The notes: a model not told the origin generated them from the sequence alone. A stretch of DNA of 32,000 bases from Pseudidiomarina andamanensis (GCF_009734345.1 NZ_CP032551.1:1770001-1802000), one strand, 5' to 3'. Counted from the stretch's first letter, positions 21,527 through 30,489 are shown. Program-made: numbers and translations.

Positions 21527-22940
21527 AGAGGAATCGACTAACATGCTGTTCGCTCACATCACCGGCTTCATTAGTCACCGTAAAGGTGACATCTTGTACG
21601 CGCTCAGTCACATCATCAGGATGAACCGCTAAGGTAATTGGTAGTGTTGCGACCTCGCCGCCGCCTACTGTAACGGTGTCATCGCCAATTAATTTGCTAC
21701 GCTCAAACCCTTGCGCAGTAATTTTATACGTTTGAGTTTGCTGTGACTTATTCAGAATTTTTAATGTAAACACGTTTTGCACCCAGCCATCCATATTGAT
21801 GCTGTAGAGCTGATTGCGATCGCGCAATACGTCGACTTGCAGAGGTACACGGGTGGAGATATCCCAAACCAGAAGACCGGTCATGACCACCATGACAATA
21901 AAGTACCCAACAGCTTTAAAGCGAAGCTTGTGGGTGCGGCCACCTTGTAAGTTACGTTCGGTAGTGAAACGAATTAATCCTCGTGGATAATTCATTTTAT
22001 CCATGACGTCGTTACAGGCATCGACACAGGCGCCGCAGTTGATGCACTCATATTGCAGACCATTGCGAATATCAATACCCGTTGGGCACACCTGCACACA
22101 CATATAACAATCAATGCAGTCGCCTAAGCCCAATTCTTTCGGATCTTTTTTGCGTGAGCGACCACCACGTGGCTCACCACGATTTGGGTCATACGAAACG
22201 GTCACGGTGTCTTTATCAAACATCGCCGATTGGAACCGTGCGTACGGACACATGTGCGTGCACATAATTTCGCGCATCCAGCCGGCATTTCCATAGGTAC
22301 AAAAAGCGAAGAAAACGACCGAAAAAGTTGCCCAAAAACCGGCATCGAGAGTCCAAATTTGCGTGAATAACGTACGGACATCCATGAAGTAACCGACGAA
22401 TATCATCGCGGTTAGCATCGAAACGATCACCCATGAGGTATGTTTCGCTGCTTTACGCCAGAATTTATCGAAATCCCAAGGGCGTTTATCGAGCGACATA
22501 CGCTGATTACGTGTGCCTTCAAACTTCTTTTCAAACCACATAAAAATGAACGTCCATGTGGTTTGCGGACACATAAAGCCGCACCAGACGCGCCCATAGA
22601 GCGTTGTGACGAAAAATAAAGCGAAGGCAGAAACAATGAATATCCAAGCAAGAATGGTGAAATCTTGTGGCCACATGGTGAGGCCAAAAATACGAAAGCG
22701 CTGTTCAGCAATATCGAGCAAAATGGCCTGCTCGCCATTCCATTGCAACCATGGTAAAGCGGCAAACACGAACAATAAAATGAAACCGAAACTACGGCGG
22801 AACCATTCCAGCGTACCTTTTACATCGCGCACATAAATACGGTTACGTGGCGAATAATCGTTACTGCGTTTATCTGGATCTGGACGATGAATTTTTACTT
22901 TATCGGCCGCCTGCACTTCGATTTTTTGTTCCATAGCCAT
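21519..22940 (-). CDS. ccoG: Cytochrome c oxidase accessory protein CcoG/FixG (membrane 4Fe-4S ferredoxin)
   Basis: 473 aa. CGFMCPQT, CIDCYMCVQVCPTGIDIRNG and CINCGACVDAC cluster motifs, multiple TM segments. Confidence 0.9.
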   Translation of the reverse strand: MAMEQKIEVQAADKVKIHRPDPDKRSNDYSPRNRIYVRDVKGTLEWFRRSFGFILLFVFAALPWLQWNGEQAILLDIAEQRFRIFGLTMWPQDFTILAWIFIVSAFALFFVTTLYGRVWCGFMCPQTTWTFIFMWFEKKFEGTRNQRMSLDKRPWDFDKFWRKAAKHTSWVIVSMLTAMIFVGYFMDVRTLFTQIWTLDAGFWATFSVVFFAFCTYGNAGWMREIMCTHMCPYARFQSAMFDKDTVTVSYDPNRGEPRGGRSRKKDPKELGLGDCIDCYMCVQVCPTGIDIRNGLQYECINCGACVDACNDVMDKMNYPRGLIRFTTERNLQGGRTHKLRFKAVGYFIVMVVMTGLLVWDISTRVPLQVDVLRDRNQLYSINMDGWVQNVFTLKILNKSQQTQTYKITAQGFERSKLIGDDTVTVGGGEVATLPITLAVHPDDVTERVQDVTFTVTNEAGDVSEQHVSRFLYE

Positions 22941-23128
22941 ACCACGCTCTCAGCCATTTTCTAACGATTCATTGATTATACGCTTAATTCGCTCAAAAAT
23001 TCACTGCGCGGGCGCAACCTTTGCCGAATAGAACCCCGAAAAAAATTAGGGGATCACCCCTATATATTCTGTTGTGTTCTCGGAGCATTCTCGAAAAAGT
23101 TTAAAAATTCAGCAACGAGGATACAACA

Positions 23129-25609
23129 ATGAAAAAATTCACGCTCTCTACTATCGCTGCATTAACACTTGCTGCGGCGCCTAGCCACGCAATCGCCAAT
23201 ACTGTTATTGGTGAACAATTACAGGCTAAACTTCCAACTTTGTCAGCATCTGAAAGTCTTACCGTGGTAGTTACCTATGACCAACTCGAACCTGTTTCGG
23301 AATCGCAAATACAGCAACTTTTGAATCTAGGAATCACCGAAGGCGTTCAATTTTCTTCTTTGCCAATTATCGGAGTTGTCGCAACTAGCGCTCAAATCGA
23401 GCAGCTTAAATCGCTACCTAACGTCCGCTCTATTTGGCTAAACCGCCAACTTGAATACTTTAATGCAGACGCACGAAAAATCACCGGTGTCGAACAGTTA
23501 CAATCTGCCGATTTTATTAGCCGAAATGGCACATCGTTTACTGGGAATGGTATCACTATCATGGTTAACGACTCCGGTATTGACGCCTCTCATCAAGACC
23601 TTCTGTTCGGCGACAAAGTCATTGAAAACGTACAAGCGCTTACTCATGCGCAAGCAATAAGCTTGGTCGCTCCAACCGATGGTTTTGTAATTGAAGGTCA
23701 AATCAATACCGACCTGAATGTGGGGCATGGAACCCATTGCGCCGGCACCATCGCTGGAACCGGCGTTATGTCTGACGGTAAATATTTAGGCGCAGCACCA
23801 GAAGCTGACTTGATTGGTTATGGTTCTGGTGCTGGTTTATCAATTCTTGATGCCGTAGGCGGTTACGATTACGCCATTAACAATGTTTATGCTTTTAATT
23901 CGCCGATTCGCATCATGAGTAACTCTTGGGGTTCAAGCGGTAAGTTTAGCCCAGATAGCCCTGTAAGTATTGCTTCCTATAAAGCATATAAGCTCGGTAT
24001 TTTATCAGTCTTTGCAGCCGGCAATTCGGGCCCAGGTGAAGACAGCCATAACCCATATGCTCAAATTCCATGGGGAATTTCTGTGGGTGCCGGTGACAAA
24101 TTTGGTCAACTCGCTGGCTTTTCATCACGCGGCTTGAAAAGCGAAACAGGCACGTTTGCAATGCCAGATAACACAACTTGGACCTACAACAATGAAATTA
24201 CCGTGGTTGCGCCTGGCGTAAACATCATCTCAACACGCGCCAGCACCAATTTAGTCTCCAATGGTGGCGAAGCTGACCTCGACGCAATTGAAACAGAATA
24301 TGTTCCGTTTTACACAATGATTTCGGGTACCTCAATGGCAACGCCTCACGTTGCCGGCATCGTTGCCCTAATGATGGAAGCTAACCCGAACCTCTCTCTA
24401 TTGGAAATTAAGCGTTTGCTACAAGAAACTGCAACCAATATGCCAGGCTATGAAAAATGGGAAGTAGGCGGTGGCTACGTCAATGCGAAATCAGCTGTTG
24501 CCGCTGCGCTAGGTTTCGATATGGAGCATGTCGCGAGTGTAAACAATCTAAACAGCTTCAATGCGAATGCCGTGTTAAAAACAAGCGATCGCCTTGAAAA
24601 CTTTGAAGTACTCTATGCGCCAGCTGGCGAACCTGAAACCTATAGTTTCGAAGTAGGCGAAAACGTAGCATGGGTTAAAGCCAGTGCTGAAACCCTAGCA
24701 AATACAACCAAGCTAGTACTTGTTGCCCCAGATGGCACTGAATATTTTGGCAACTTAACCTTACCCGTTCTTGAAACTGGCATGCGTGTTGCTGCTCCGG
24801 GTCAACCAGGTACATGGCAAGTGTATGTTTATGGCTTAACGTCGCTATCTGGGGTTGATCCTGATCCGCTTGATGTTACAAACGGCCCTGGTATTCCAGA
24901 AGTTATTGCCGGCACCATTTCTTTCGAGTTAAGTGGTGGCTACGAAGGCGTTGATGATATCGCTGGTCATCCGCAACAAAACGCTATCGAGTTTGCCGTT
25001 TCTGAGCGCTTAATTGATGGCTTTAGTAACGGAAAATTCCGTCCCGATGATGCTCTGCTGCGTAAGGACTTGGCTCAGTATCTTGTCATGGGTGGCGCAA
25101 TTCGCCAGTACCGCGATTTACTAAATGAACCTCAGCCTGCATTGGCGAATGTGCCAAGTGACGCTAAAGTATTTGCGGAATCTGTATCGGTAACAGGTAG
25201 TGCGTTGAAAGATAATGCGCAATCACAAGCGCCTGTCATGCGCTCAAATAATGGGAACTTTGATCCAAAAGGTAAAGTTAACAAACTTGATCTTGCCTAT
25301 TCTTTAGTACAAGCGCTTGGTTTAGAAAGTGAAGCTTTAGCTTTCGATCCGAATCAAGACATTGTCGTGGATTACAAAGGTGAAATGATTGTTTTGGCTG
25401 ACCAAGATTTAATCCCAGCCCATTTGAAAGGCTATGTGCAGGCGGCAATTCGTTACTCGCTGTTGAACGTTCGCTTCTCAATTGAGCAAGACGCATTCGC
25501 TCTCGAACCATCATTACGTGCTCACTTTGTGCCTGATTCAACGATTACGAGAGCGCACTATGCTCTCACTGCTAGTCGCTTGTATAGCAACTACTACCAA
25601 GCAAATTAA
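23129..25609 (+). CDS. Secreted subtilisin-like S8 serine peptidase with a propeptide, a beta-rich middle region and three SLH-like C-terminal repeats
   Basis: 826 aa. Signal peptide ...AAAPSHAIA. The D-H-S triad lies in the contexts MVNDSGID, GHGTHCAGTIAG and SGTSMATPHVAG. The C-terminus carries the repeats DIAGHPQQNAIEFAVSERLIDGFSNGKFRPDDALLRKDLAQYLV, NGNFDPKGKVNKLDLAYSLVQALG and HLKGYVQAAIRYSLL...HFVPDSTITRAHYALTASRL. Confidence 0.9.
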   Translation: MKKFTLSTIAALTLAAAPSHAIANTVIGEQLQAKLPTLSASESLTVVVTYDQLEPVSESQIQQLLNLGITEGVQFSSLPIIGVVATSAQIEQLKSLPNVRSIWLNRQLEYFNADARKITGVEQLQSADFISRNGTSFTGNGITIMVNDSGIDASHQDLLFGDKVIENVQALTHAQAISLVAPTDGFVIEGQINTDLNVGHGTHCAGTIAGTGVMSDGKYLGAAPEADLIGYGSGAGLSILDAVGGYDYAINNVYAFNSPIRIMSNSWGSSGKFSPDSPVSIASYKAYKLGILSVFAAGNSGPGEDSHNPYAQIPWGISVGAGDKFGQLAGFSSRGLKSETGTFAMPDNTTWTYNNEITVVAPGVNIISTRASTNLVSNGGEADLDAIETEYVPFYTMISGTSMATPHVAGIVALMMEANPNLSLLEIKRLLQETATNMPGYEKWEVGGGYVNAKSAVAAALGFDMEHVASVNNLNSFNANAVLKTSDRLENFEVLYAPAGEPETYSFEVGENVAWVKASAETLANTTKLVLVAPDGTEYFGNLTLPVLETGMRVAAPGQPGTWQVYVYGLTSLSGVDPDPLDVTNGPGIPEVIAGTISFELSGGYEGVDDIAGHPQQNAIEFAVSERLIDGFSNGKFRPDDALLRKDLAQYLVMGGAIRQYRDLLNEPQPALANVPSDAKVFAESVSVTGSALKDNAQSQAPVMRSNNGNFDPKGKVNKLDLAYSLVQALGLESEALAFDPNQDIVVDYKGEMIVLADQDLIPAHLKGYVQAAIRYSLLNVRFSIEQDAFALEPSLRAHFVPDSTITRAHYALTASRLYSNYYQAN

Positions 25610-25625
25610 GTGGGTTAAATAACAC

Positions 25626-25654
25626 AAAGGGTTACCCTAGGTAGCCCTTTTATT
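25626..25654 (+). terminator. Probable Rho-independent terminator after the S8 peptidase gene
   Basis: aaagggtta, ccctagg loop, tagcccttt, followed by the T-rich tattctt. The stem includes one G:U pair. Confidence 0.5.
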
Positions 25655-25665
25655 CTTAGAAAAGC

Positions 25666-25694
25666 GTGACAAACATCAAAGTTCTGGGTAAATT
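25666..25694 (+). promoter_or_regulatory. Candidate sigma70 promoter for the five-gene signalling operon
   Basis: GTGACA, 17-nt spacer, TAAATT, about 50 nt upstream of the ATG at 25744. Pattern match only. Confidence 0.3.
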
Positions 25695-25706
25695 TTAACC
25701 GAAAAG

Positions 25707-25724
25707 ATGTAACAAAATGTAACA
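25707..25724 (+). promoter_or_regulatory. Direct repeat ATGTAACA x2 with exact 10-bp periodicity. Candidate regulator binding site.
   Basis: ATGTAACA occurs at 25707-25714 and again at 25717-25724, between the candidate -10 and the RBS (GAGGAA, 25732-25737). Confidence 0.3.
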
Positions 25725-25743
25725 GAACACCGAGGAATTAATC

Positions 25744-26589
25744 ATGTACGCTAGCAAAACCTTATTGAAAGTTGCGGTCTTGTGGTTAGGTTTTAGCCTA
25801 TCTAGCTACAGTAGCTCAGCTGCGGCTGTCGATCTTCCGCTGACCATAAATGCTCAACAAAATAATCTCTCTGCTAACGTTGAGTTAAGCCCCCTTGTCA
25901 GCTTCGACCTATCCGTGCAATTTGAAAATACAGTTGGGCTAACGCCACAGAACCTTTTGGTCGAAGCCAGTTTAATCAATCTCGCTGATCCCGATATTTT
26001 ACATCGGTTACCAGACAGCTTGTTAACAACAGTACCTCAAGCCTTCCCGGTACTCATCTCAGTTCGCCCAGATTCGACAAAGGGTTTTTCATTTAGTGGC
26101 GCTTACACAATTGAGTTGTACACTAAGTCGTTGCACTACACCGAAGGTACGCCGCTACGTTTATTTCACTCGCATCAAAATGGTACCTTTGAAGATATTA
26201 CTACCATGACAGGTTCAGGAAGTTATCGGGTTCGCGGCAATGGTGGCCAATTCTCAGATTTTATCATCTTAGCCGACTTACGAGACGCCAATACAATAAT
26301 TCAGTCAAAACTGACTCGCTTGGAAAGCATTGCGAATGAAAGCCAATCACAACTCTCGGTTGGCGCATATCAAGCTCTGGTAGACGCTATAAATACTGTG
26401 AGTGTTGCAATTAACGCGGATAACAAAGGGCAAGCCCTAGCTGCTGTTGAAAATTTAATTCATTTGTTGGAAGCAGATAATGGCACTCTTTATCCTGACG
26501 TATGGCGCTCAAGCAACGATTTGAATAACGTTCGCGGCAATTTAATCTCCGCCGCAACAACGCTCCGCTTTAGTTTACGTATTGAGTAA
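25744..26589 (+). CDS. Secreted hypothetical protein (signal peptide, beta-rich N-domain, helical C-domain)
   Basis: 281 aa. MYASKTLLKVAVLWLGFSLSSYSSSAAA looks like a signal peptide. I recognise no family. RBS GAGGAA. First gene of a tightly spaced operon. Confidence 0.6.
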   Translation: MYASKTLLKVAVLWLGFSLSSYSSSAAAVDLPLTINAQQNNLSANVELSPLVSFDLSVQFENTVGLTPQNLLVEASLINLADPDILHRLPDSLLTTVPQAFPVLISVRPDSTKGFSFSGAYTIELYTKSLHYTEGTPLRLFHSHQNGTFEDITTMTGSGSYRVRGNGGQFSDFIILADLRDANTIIQSKLTRLESIANESQSQLSVGAYQALVDAINTVSVAINADNKGQALAAVENLIHLLEADNGTLYPDVWRSSNDLNNVRGNLISAATTLRFSLRIE

Positions 26590-26599
26590 CAGGTAAACG

Positions 26600-27448
26600 A
26601 TGAAAGCAATATTTGATGTCGTATTCCAACACCGCTTCGCGCAACGCTTCGATTTGCACGAACACAGGGCATACGTGATAGGGCGTAGCTCAGAATGCGA
26701 CATTCAAATTGATCACCCAACGCTTTCACGGCAACATGCTTTACTTTTTTGTAGTGAAGGCGTTTGGTATCTGCGTGATTTAAATAGCACCAACGGTCTA
26801 TTTATTGATGCGCAGCGTGTTGAAGAAAAATGTCTTCAACATTCTTCCATTTGTCGATTAGGTGATGTGACTTGTATGTTTGTACCACATCACAACCAAT
26901 CGCAAAAAATTGTCATCAATCATGCTCAGTGGTGTGGGCGACAGCTTGCTCAAATGCGCGAGTCTTGGCAACATTCAACCTCGCTACAAGAGGTTGTTTC
27001 CGCCTCGCAGAATACCATTGCGCAAGTTCTCCAAAGCGATCGAACCGCCTTAATACTCCTCAATGACTCCTACGTCGTGCCGCCCTTCGATGGCTCAACG
27101 ACGCTAGTTCAACAAGCAATTGAAAGTGGCCAACCTTGCGTTGTTCATAATGCGCTGACACATCAGCAGTTACAGCACCGTGAAAGTGTTAAGCGGCAAC
27201 AGATTAAAGCAGCGTTAGCGGTACCTATCGCTTTAGGAAATAAAATTATTGCGGTGTTATATGCCGACAGTCTGAAACAAGCGCATTATTTTAATGAGCA
27301 TCAAATTTTTATATTGCAGCGCTTCACTCAACTCATCGCAATGCAACTAACGCTATGTCAGCTCAATGATTACTTAAAACTTGCCCAGCAAAAGATGACG
27401 ACCGCTCGAGAACTAGCCAATAACGTGCGAACTTTGGGGAATCTGTGA
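26600..27448 (+). CDS. FHA domain protein with a C-terminal GAF-like domain
   Basis: 282 aa. FHA signature YVIGRSSECDIQIDHPTLSRQHALLFCSEGVWYLRDLNSTNGLFIDAQRV. The C-terminal part (...DRTALILLND...ALAVPIALGNKIIAVLYADS...) resembles GAF. Confidence 0.8.
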   Translation: MKAIFDVVFQHRFAQRFDLHEHRAYVIGRSSECDIQIDHPTLSRQHALLFCSEGVWYLRDLNSTNGLFIDAQRVEEKCLQHSSICRLGDVTCMFVPHHNQSQKIVINHAQWCGRQLAQMRESWQHSTSLQEVVSASQNTIAQVLQSDRTALILLNDSYVVPPFDGSTTLVQQAIESGQPCVVHNALTHQQLQHRESVKRQQIKAALAVPIALGNKIIAVLYADSLKQAHYFNEHQIFILQRFTQLIAMQLTLCQLNDYLKLAQQKMTTARELANNVRTLGNL

Positions 27449-27489
27449 TAACTTAATCTCTAAGCTTCTGTAACGAGATAGTTCTCACA

Positions 27490-30489
27490 ATGGCTGATCC
27501 CGACAAACACGATAACTTGTTATCGAATCACGCAACGACAAAATTAACAACGCAAACGCTGCTTGAACCTGGACAGCTTTTGGCGGAGCGGTTTCGTATT
27601 GTTCGTTTACTTGGTCACGGGGGTCAAGCTCGTGTATTTGAAGCCTACGACGAGGTTCTAGAAACGCCATGTGCTTTGAAGGTGCTCGCTCAGGAAGCCG
27701 ATTCTAACGAGGTTGAGCACCTACGAAATGAGGTGCTTCTTGCACGCCAAATTCATCACGTCAACGTTGTTCGTATTCATGAATTTTACGCCACTGCGCA
27801 AGCGACATTTTTTACGATGTCGCTCGTAAATGGCGTGGTGTTAAGCCAAGCGTTAGACGACCGCCCCGCTGCTGTTGACATAATAAAATGGTTTAAACAA
27901 CTAGTAAGCGCTTTGCAGAGCTGTCACGAGAGCGGTGTTATTCATGGCGATTTAAAACCCGATAATTTACTCATTGATACTGATGGCAATTTATCAATTA
28001 TCGATTTTGGTATTGGTCGAACACTCGACAATAACACGACACAGTTTGGCTCCACTGGATTCGTTGCACCAGAACTCGCAAAGTCACAACAAGCAACAAC
28101 CGCCAGTGATCGATATGCTCTAGGCAAAACCTTAGCCTTAATGCTTGAAGCGAGTGACGCAAGCAGCTGGAAAAACGCTTCCATAAAAAAACGTTCGTTA
28201 CAAAAGCTCGCCGTCAGATTGCAAACTGACACTCCGAATCTTCGCCCCTCGCTAGCGCAATGCCGAGATGTTCTTCATTTCGAAACATCTCGATTAAAGC
28301 AATGGGCCGCACTGGTGGCGGTAGTTTTAGTTATACTTTCGTTTTTGGTTTATATGTTACCGCAAGAGCCTGCTGAGCGGGATTCGGAAACTTCGGTAAC
28401 GACCATTGCGATAGCGATGATTAATGGTGAGCCGGCCTTGGCGGAGTTGACCCATTTACTGTTACAAGCTGAGCCGAATATTTATTCCATTGAACCCCAA
28501 AACGTCAATCAGCTCATCGAAAATTTAGGAATTCAACCGTTCGAATCTGCTTCCGAGCGCGCTAGGTTGGCACAATTAACTCAAGCACAATATTTATTAA
28601 TATTAACGCCGCGTACTTTAGGTGGAAAATTGCAGTTACATACATTGTTAACCGCTCACCCCTCTGAACAGGTCATTTTTTCGAAGACTTTTGATACCGA
28701 GAATGTGGCTCCAGAGCAATTAGTCAGAGCTATTTCAGAGGCTTTTAACGATGTGTTACCGAACCAAAATGACGAGTCTCAACCATCTGATTTCATTCGC
28801 TATAAAGTCGTTCAAGATTTAGCAGCAGCTCGAGCAGAAAATGACATAACCAAGCTGACGTTAAAGTTACGTGATGTGATTGACTCGCCACAAATGCCCG
28901 CCGTGTTGAAACTACAAGCGCGAATTGAGCTGGCAATTATTAATCAACAATTCGAACCTGCTGCGTCATTACTTGATCAACTACTGAAACAGTTCCCACA
29001 TCGCGCTGATGTGCTTGCGCAGCGGGCCACTGTGGCCGCTGAATTAAATGATCTTTCGGGCGCTCGTGAATACTATCGTCTCGCACTTTCTTATGATTCT
29101 AATCAACCAATGTGGTGGTTTGAGTTGGCTCGATTAAAAATAATTCAAGGCGAAACCGAGTCAGCAATAAATGAGGAATTGACCCAGAGTCTTATTCAAT
29201 TTCGACAACGCGAAGACTTAAGTGGTCAAGGACTTATTTTAAACGCTTTCGGTGTTGCTTATCTTCGTTTAGCAAAATTTGACACCGCAGCGCAGTATTT
29301 TCAGCAAGCATTAGAATATCGAACCGAAGCACGGGAACCTCGGGAACGTATCACCACATTAAGTAACTTGGCGACGGTGTTAGCAATAACTGGGCAAATT
29401 GATAAAGCTGATGAAGCGCTGCGAGAAGCAACACGTCTTGCCGATGCAATTAATGATGACTTAGCAGTTGCCCATATCGAGAACGAACGCGGCTTGCTCT
29501 TCGAAGAACAAGGGGACTACTACAGCGCATTACGCCACTACAAACGTGCGCTCGACATTCGTTTACGTGAAGGCGACGACTATGTTCAAAGCCAGAGCAT
29601 CAATAATGTTGCTTTTATCAATTTTTTGATTGGCGACTTCAGTCTAGCCGAAGTTTATTGGCGCCAAGCTCTGCAAATTGTAGAGAGTCTCGACGAGCAA
29701 GCCACATTACACAGTATTCAGCTTAATCTGGTGCAGTTGCTAATTGCTCAAGGTCAGTTTAACCAAGCCGAACAGCTATTAGCTGAATTGTTGCGCAGCA
29801 ACGACAAGAGCGCTGAAGCCAACCTTTCCACACAACTTCAAATTAGCCGTTTAAATTTTTTACAGGGTCGTATGGCTGTAGCCGATGAAGCCGGCAAGCA
29901 AGCAGACCAAATTGCGCAGTCAATAAATGATCCTCGTGGTGCTATCGAAAGCCTGCTTTGGCGAGCTGAGATGGCTGTTTTACTACACCAAACTCAGTTG
30001 TTTGAACAACATGCTACGAGCCTTAAAGCTTTTCAAAACGAGTTCAATAGAGAGCAACGCTTAATTTTTGATTGGCTGCTTTTACTTGGGCAAAAAGAAA
30101 ATTCACAGGCTGAACTCACAGCCTTTGCTGAGCGCGTGATTAATCAACAGCCTTCTCGGTTAGTTGAAATAAAGTTATTGAGCGAACTCGTTTTCAGAGG
30201 CAAATTCCCGGAATCAGCAACAGTATGGAAACGTCTCGAACAAATTAGTAACGAGCGGGTGTTTGCATCTTACTTGCCATACCTCGCCGCTCGCGGCTTT
30301 GACAACTCAAAACAGTTACTGCAAGCTGCATTACAGCAACATGCGAGTTTTTGGCGTAACTATGAGTTATATTCATACCTTAATGATGTCGCTTTTGACG
30401 AACAACAACGTGCTGCTTTTGAGCGGCTAATCGAAAATATGAATGAAGAACAGCAACAAGCCTATAGAGCATTCGCTAGAAGTCGATGA
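27490..30489 (+). CDS. Membrane Hanks-type Ser/Thr protein kinase with a large C-terminal TPR-repeat region
   Basis: 999 aa. G-loop LGHGGQARVF, catalytic Lys in CALKVL, catalytic loop VIHGDLKPDNLL, DFG (IIDFGIG), APE (GFVAPELA). One TM segment (WAALVAVVLVILSFLVYML, about aa 283-301). About 700 aa follow, with many TPR-like helices (e.g. GLILNAFGVAYLRLAKFDTAAQYFQQALEY, ERGLLFEEQGDYYSALRHYKRALDI). Confidence 0.9.
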   Translation: MADPDKHDNLLSNHATTKLTTQTLLEPGQLLAERFRIVRLLGHGGQARVFEAYDEVLETPCALKVLAQEADSNEVEHLRNEVLLARQIHHVNVVRIHEFYATAQATFFTMSLVNGVVLSQALDDRPAAVDIIKWFKQLVSALQSCHESGVIHGDLKPDNLLIDTDGNLSIIDFGIGRTLDNNTTQFGSTGFVAPELAKSQQATTASDRYALGKTLALMLEASDASSWKNASIKKRSLQKLAVRLQTDTPNLRPSLAQCRDVLHFETSRLKQWAALVAVVLVILSFLVYMLPQEPAERDSETSVTTIAIAMINGEPALAELTHLLLQAEPNIYSIEPQNVNQLIENLGIQPFESASERARLAQLTQAQYLLILTPRTLGGKLQLHTLLTAHPSEQVIFSKTFDTENVAPEQLVRAISEAFNDVLPNQNDESQPSDFIRYKVVQDLAAARAENDITKLTLKLRDVIDSPQMPAVLKLQARIELAIINQQFEPAASLLDQLLKQFPHRADVLAQRATVAAELNDLSGAREYYRLALSYDSNQPMWWFELARLKIIQGETESAINEELTQSLIQFRQREDLSGQGLILNAFGVAYLRLAKFDTAAQYFQQALEYRTEAREPRERITTLSNLATVLAITGQIDKADEALREATRLADAINDDLAVAHIENERGLLFEEQGDYYSALRHYKRALDIRLREGDDYVQSQSINNVAFINFLIGDFSLAEVYWRQALQIVESLDEQATLHSIQLNLVQLLIAQGQFNQAEQLLAELLRSNDKSAEANLSTQLQISRLNFLQGRMAVADEAGKQADQIAQSINDPRGAIESLLWRAEMAVLLHQTQLFEQHATSLKAFQNEFNREQRLIFDWLLLLGQKENSQAELTAFAERVINQQPSRLVEIKLLSELVFRGKFPESATVWKRLEQISNERVFASYLPYLAARGFDNSKQLLQAALQQHASFWRNYELYSYLNDVAFDEQQRAAFERLIENMNEEQQQAYRAFARSR

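Noticed and set aside
23077-23093. Direct repeat TTCTCG-N5-TTCTCG upstream of the S8 peptidase gene, and the small hairpins around 23034-23062
   Set aside because: These are 6-nt repeats and 4-5 bp stems, well within chance expectation. There is no similarity to the ATGTAACA repeat at the operon.
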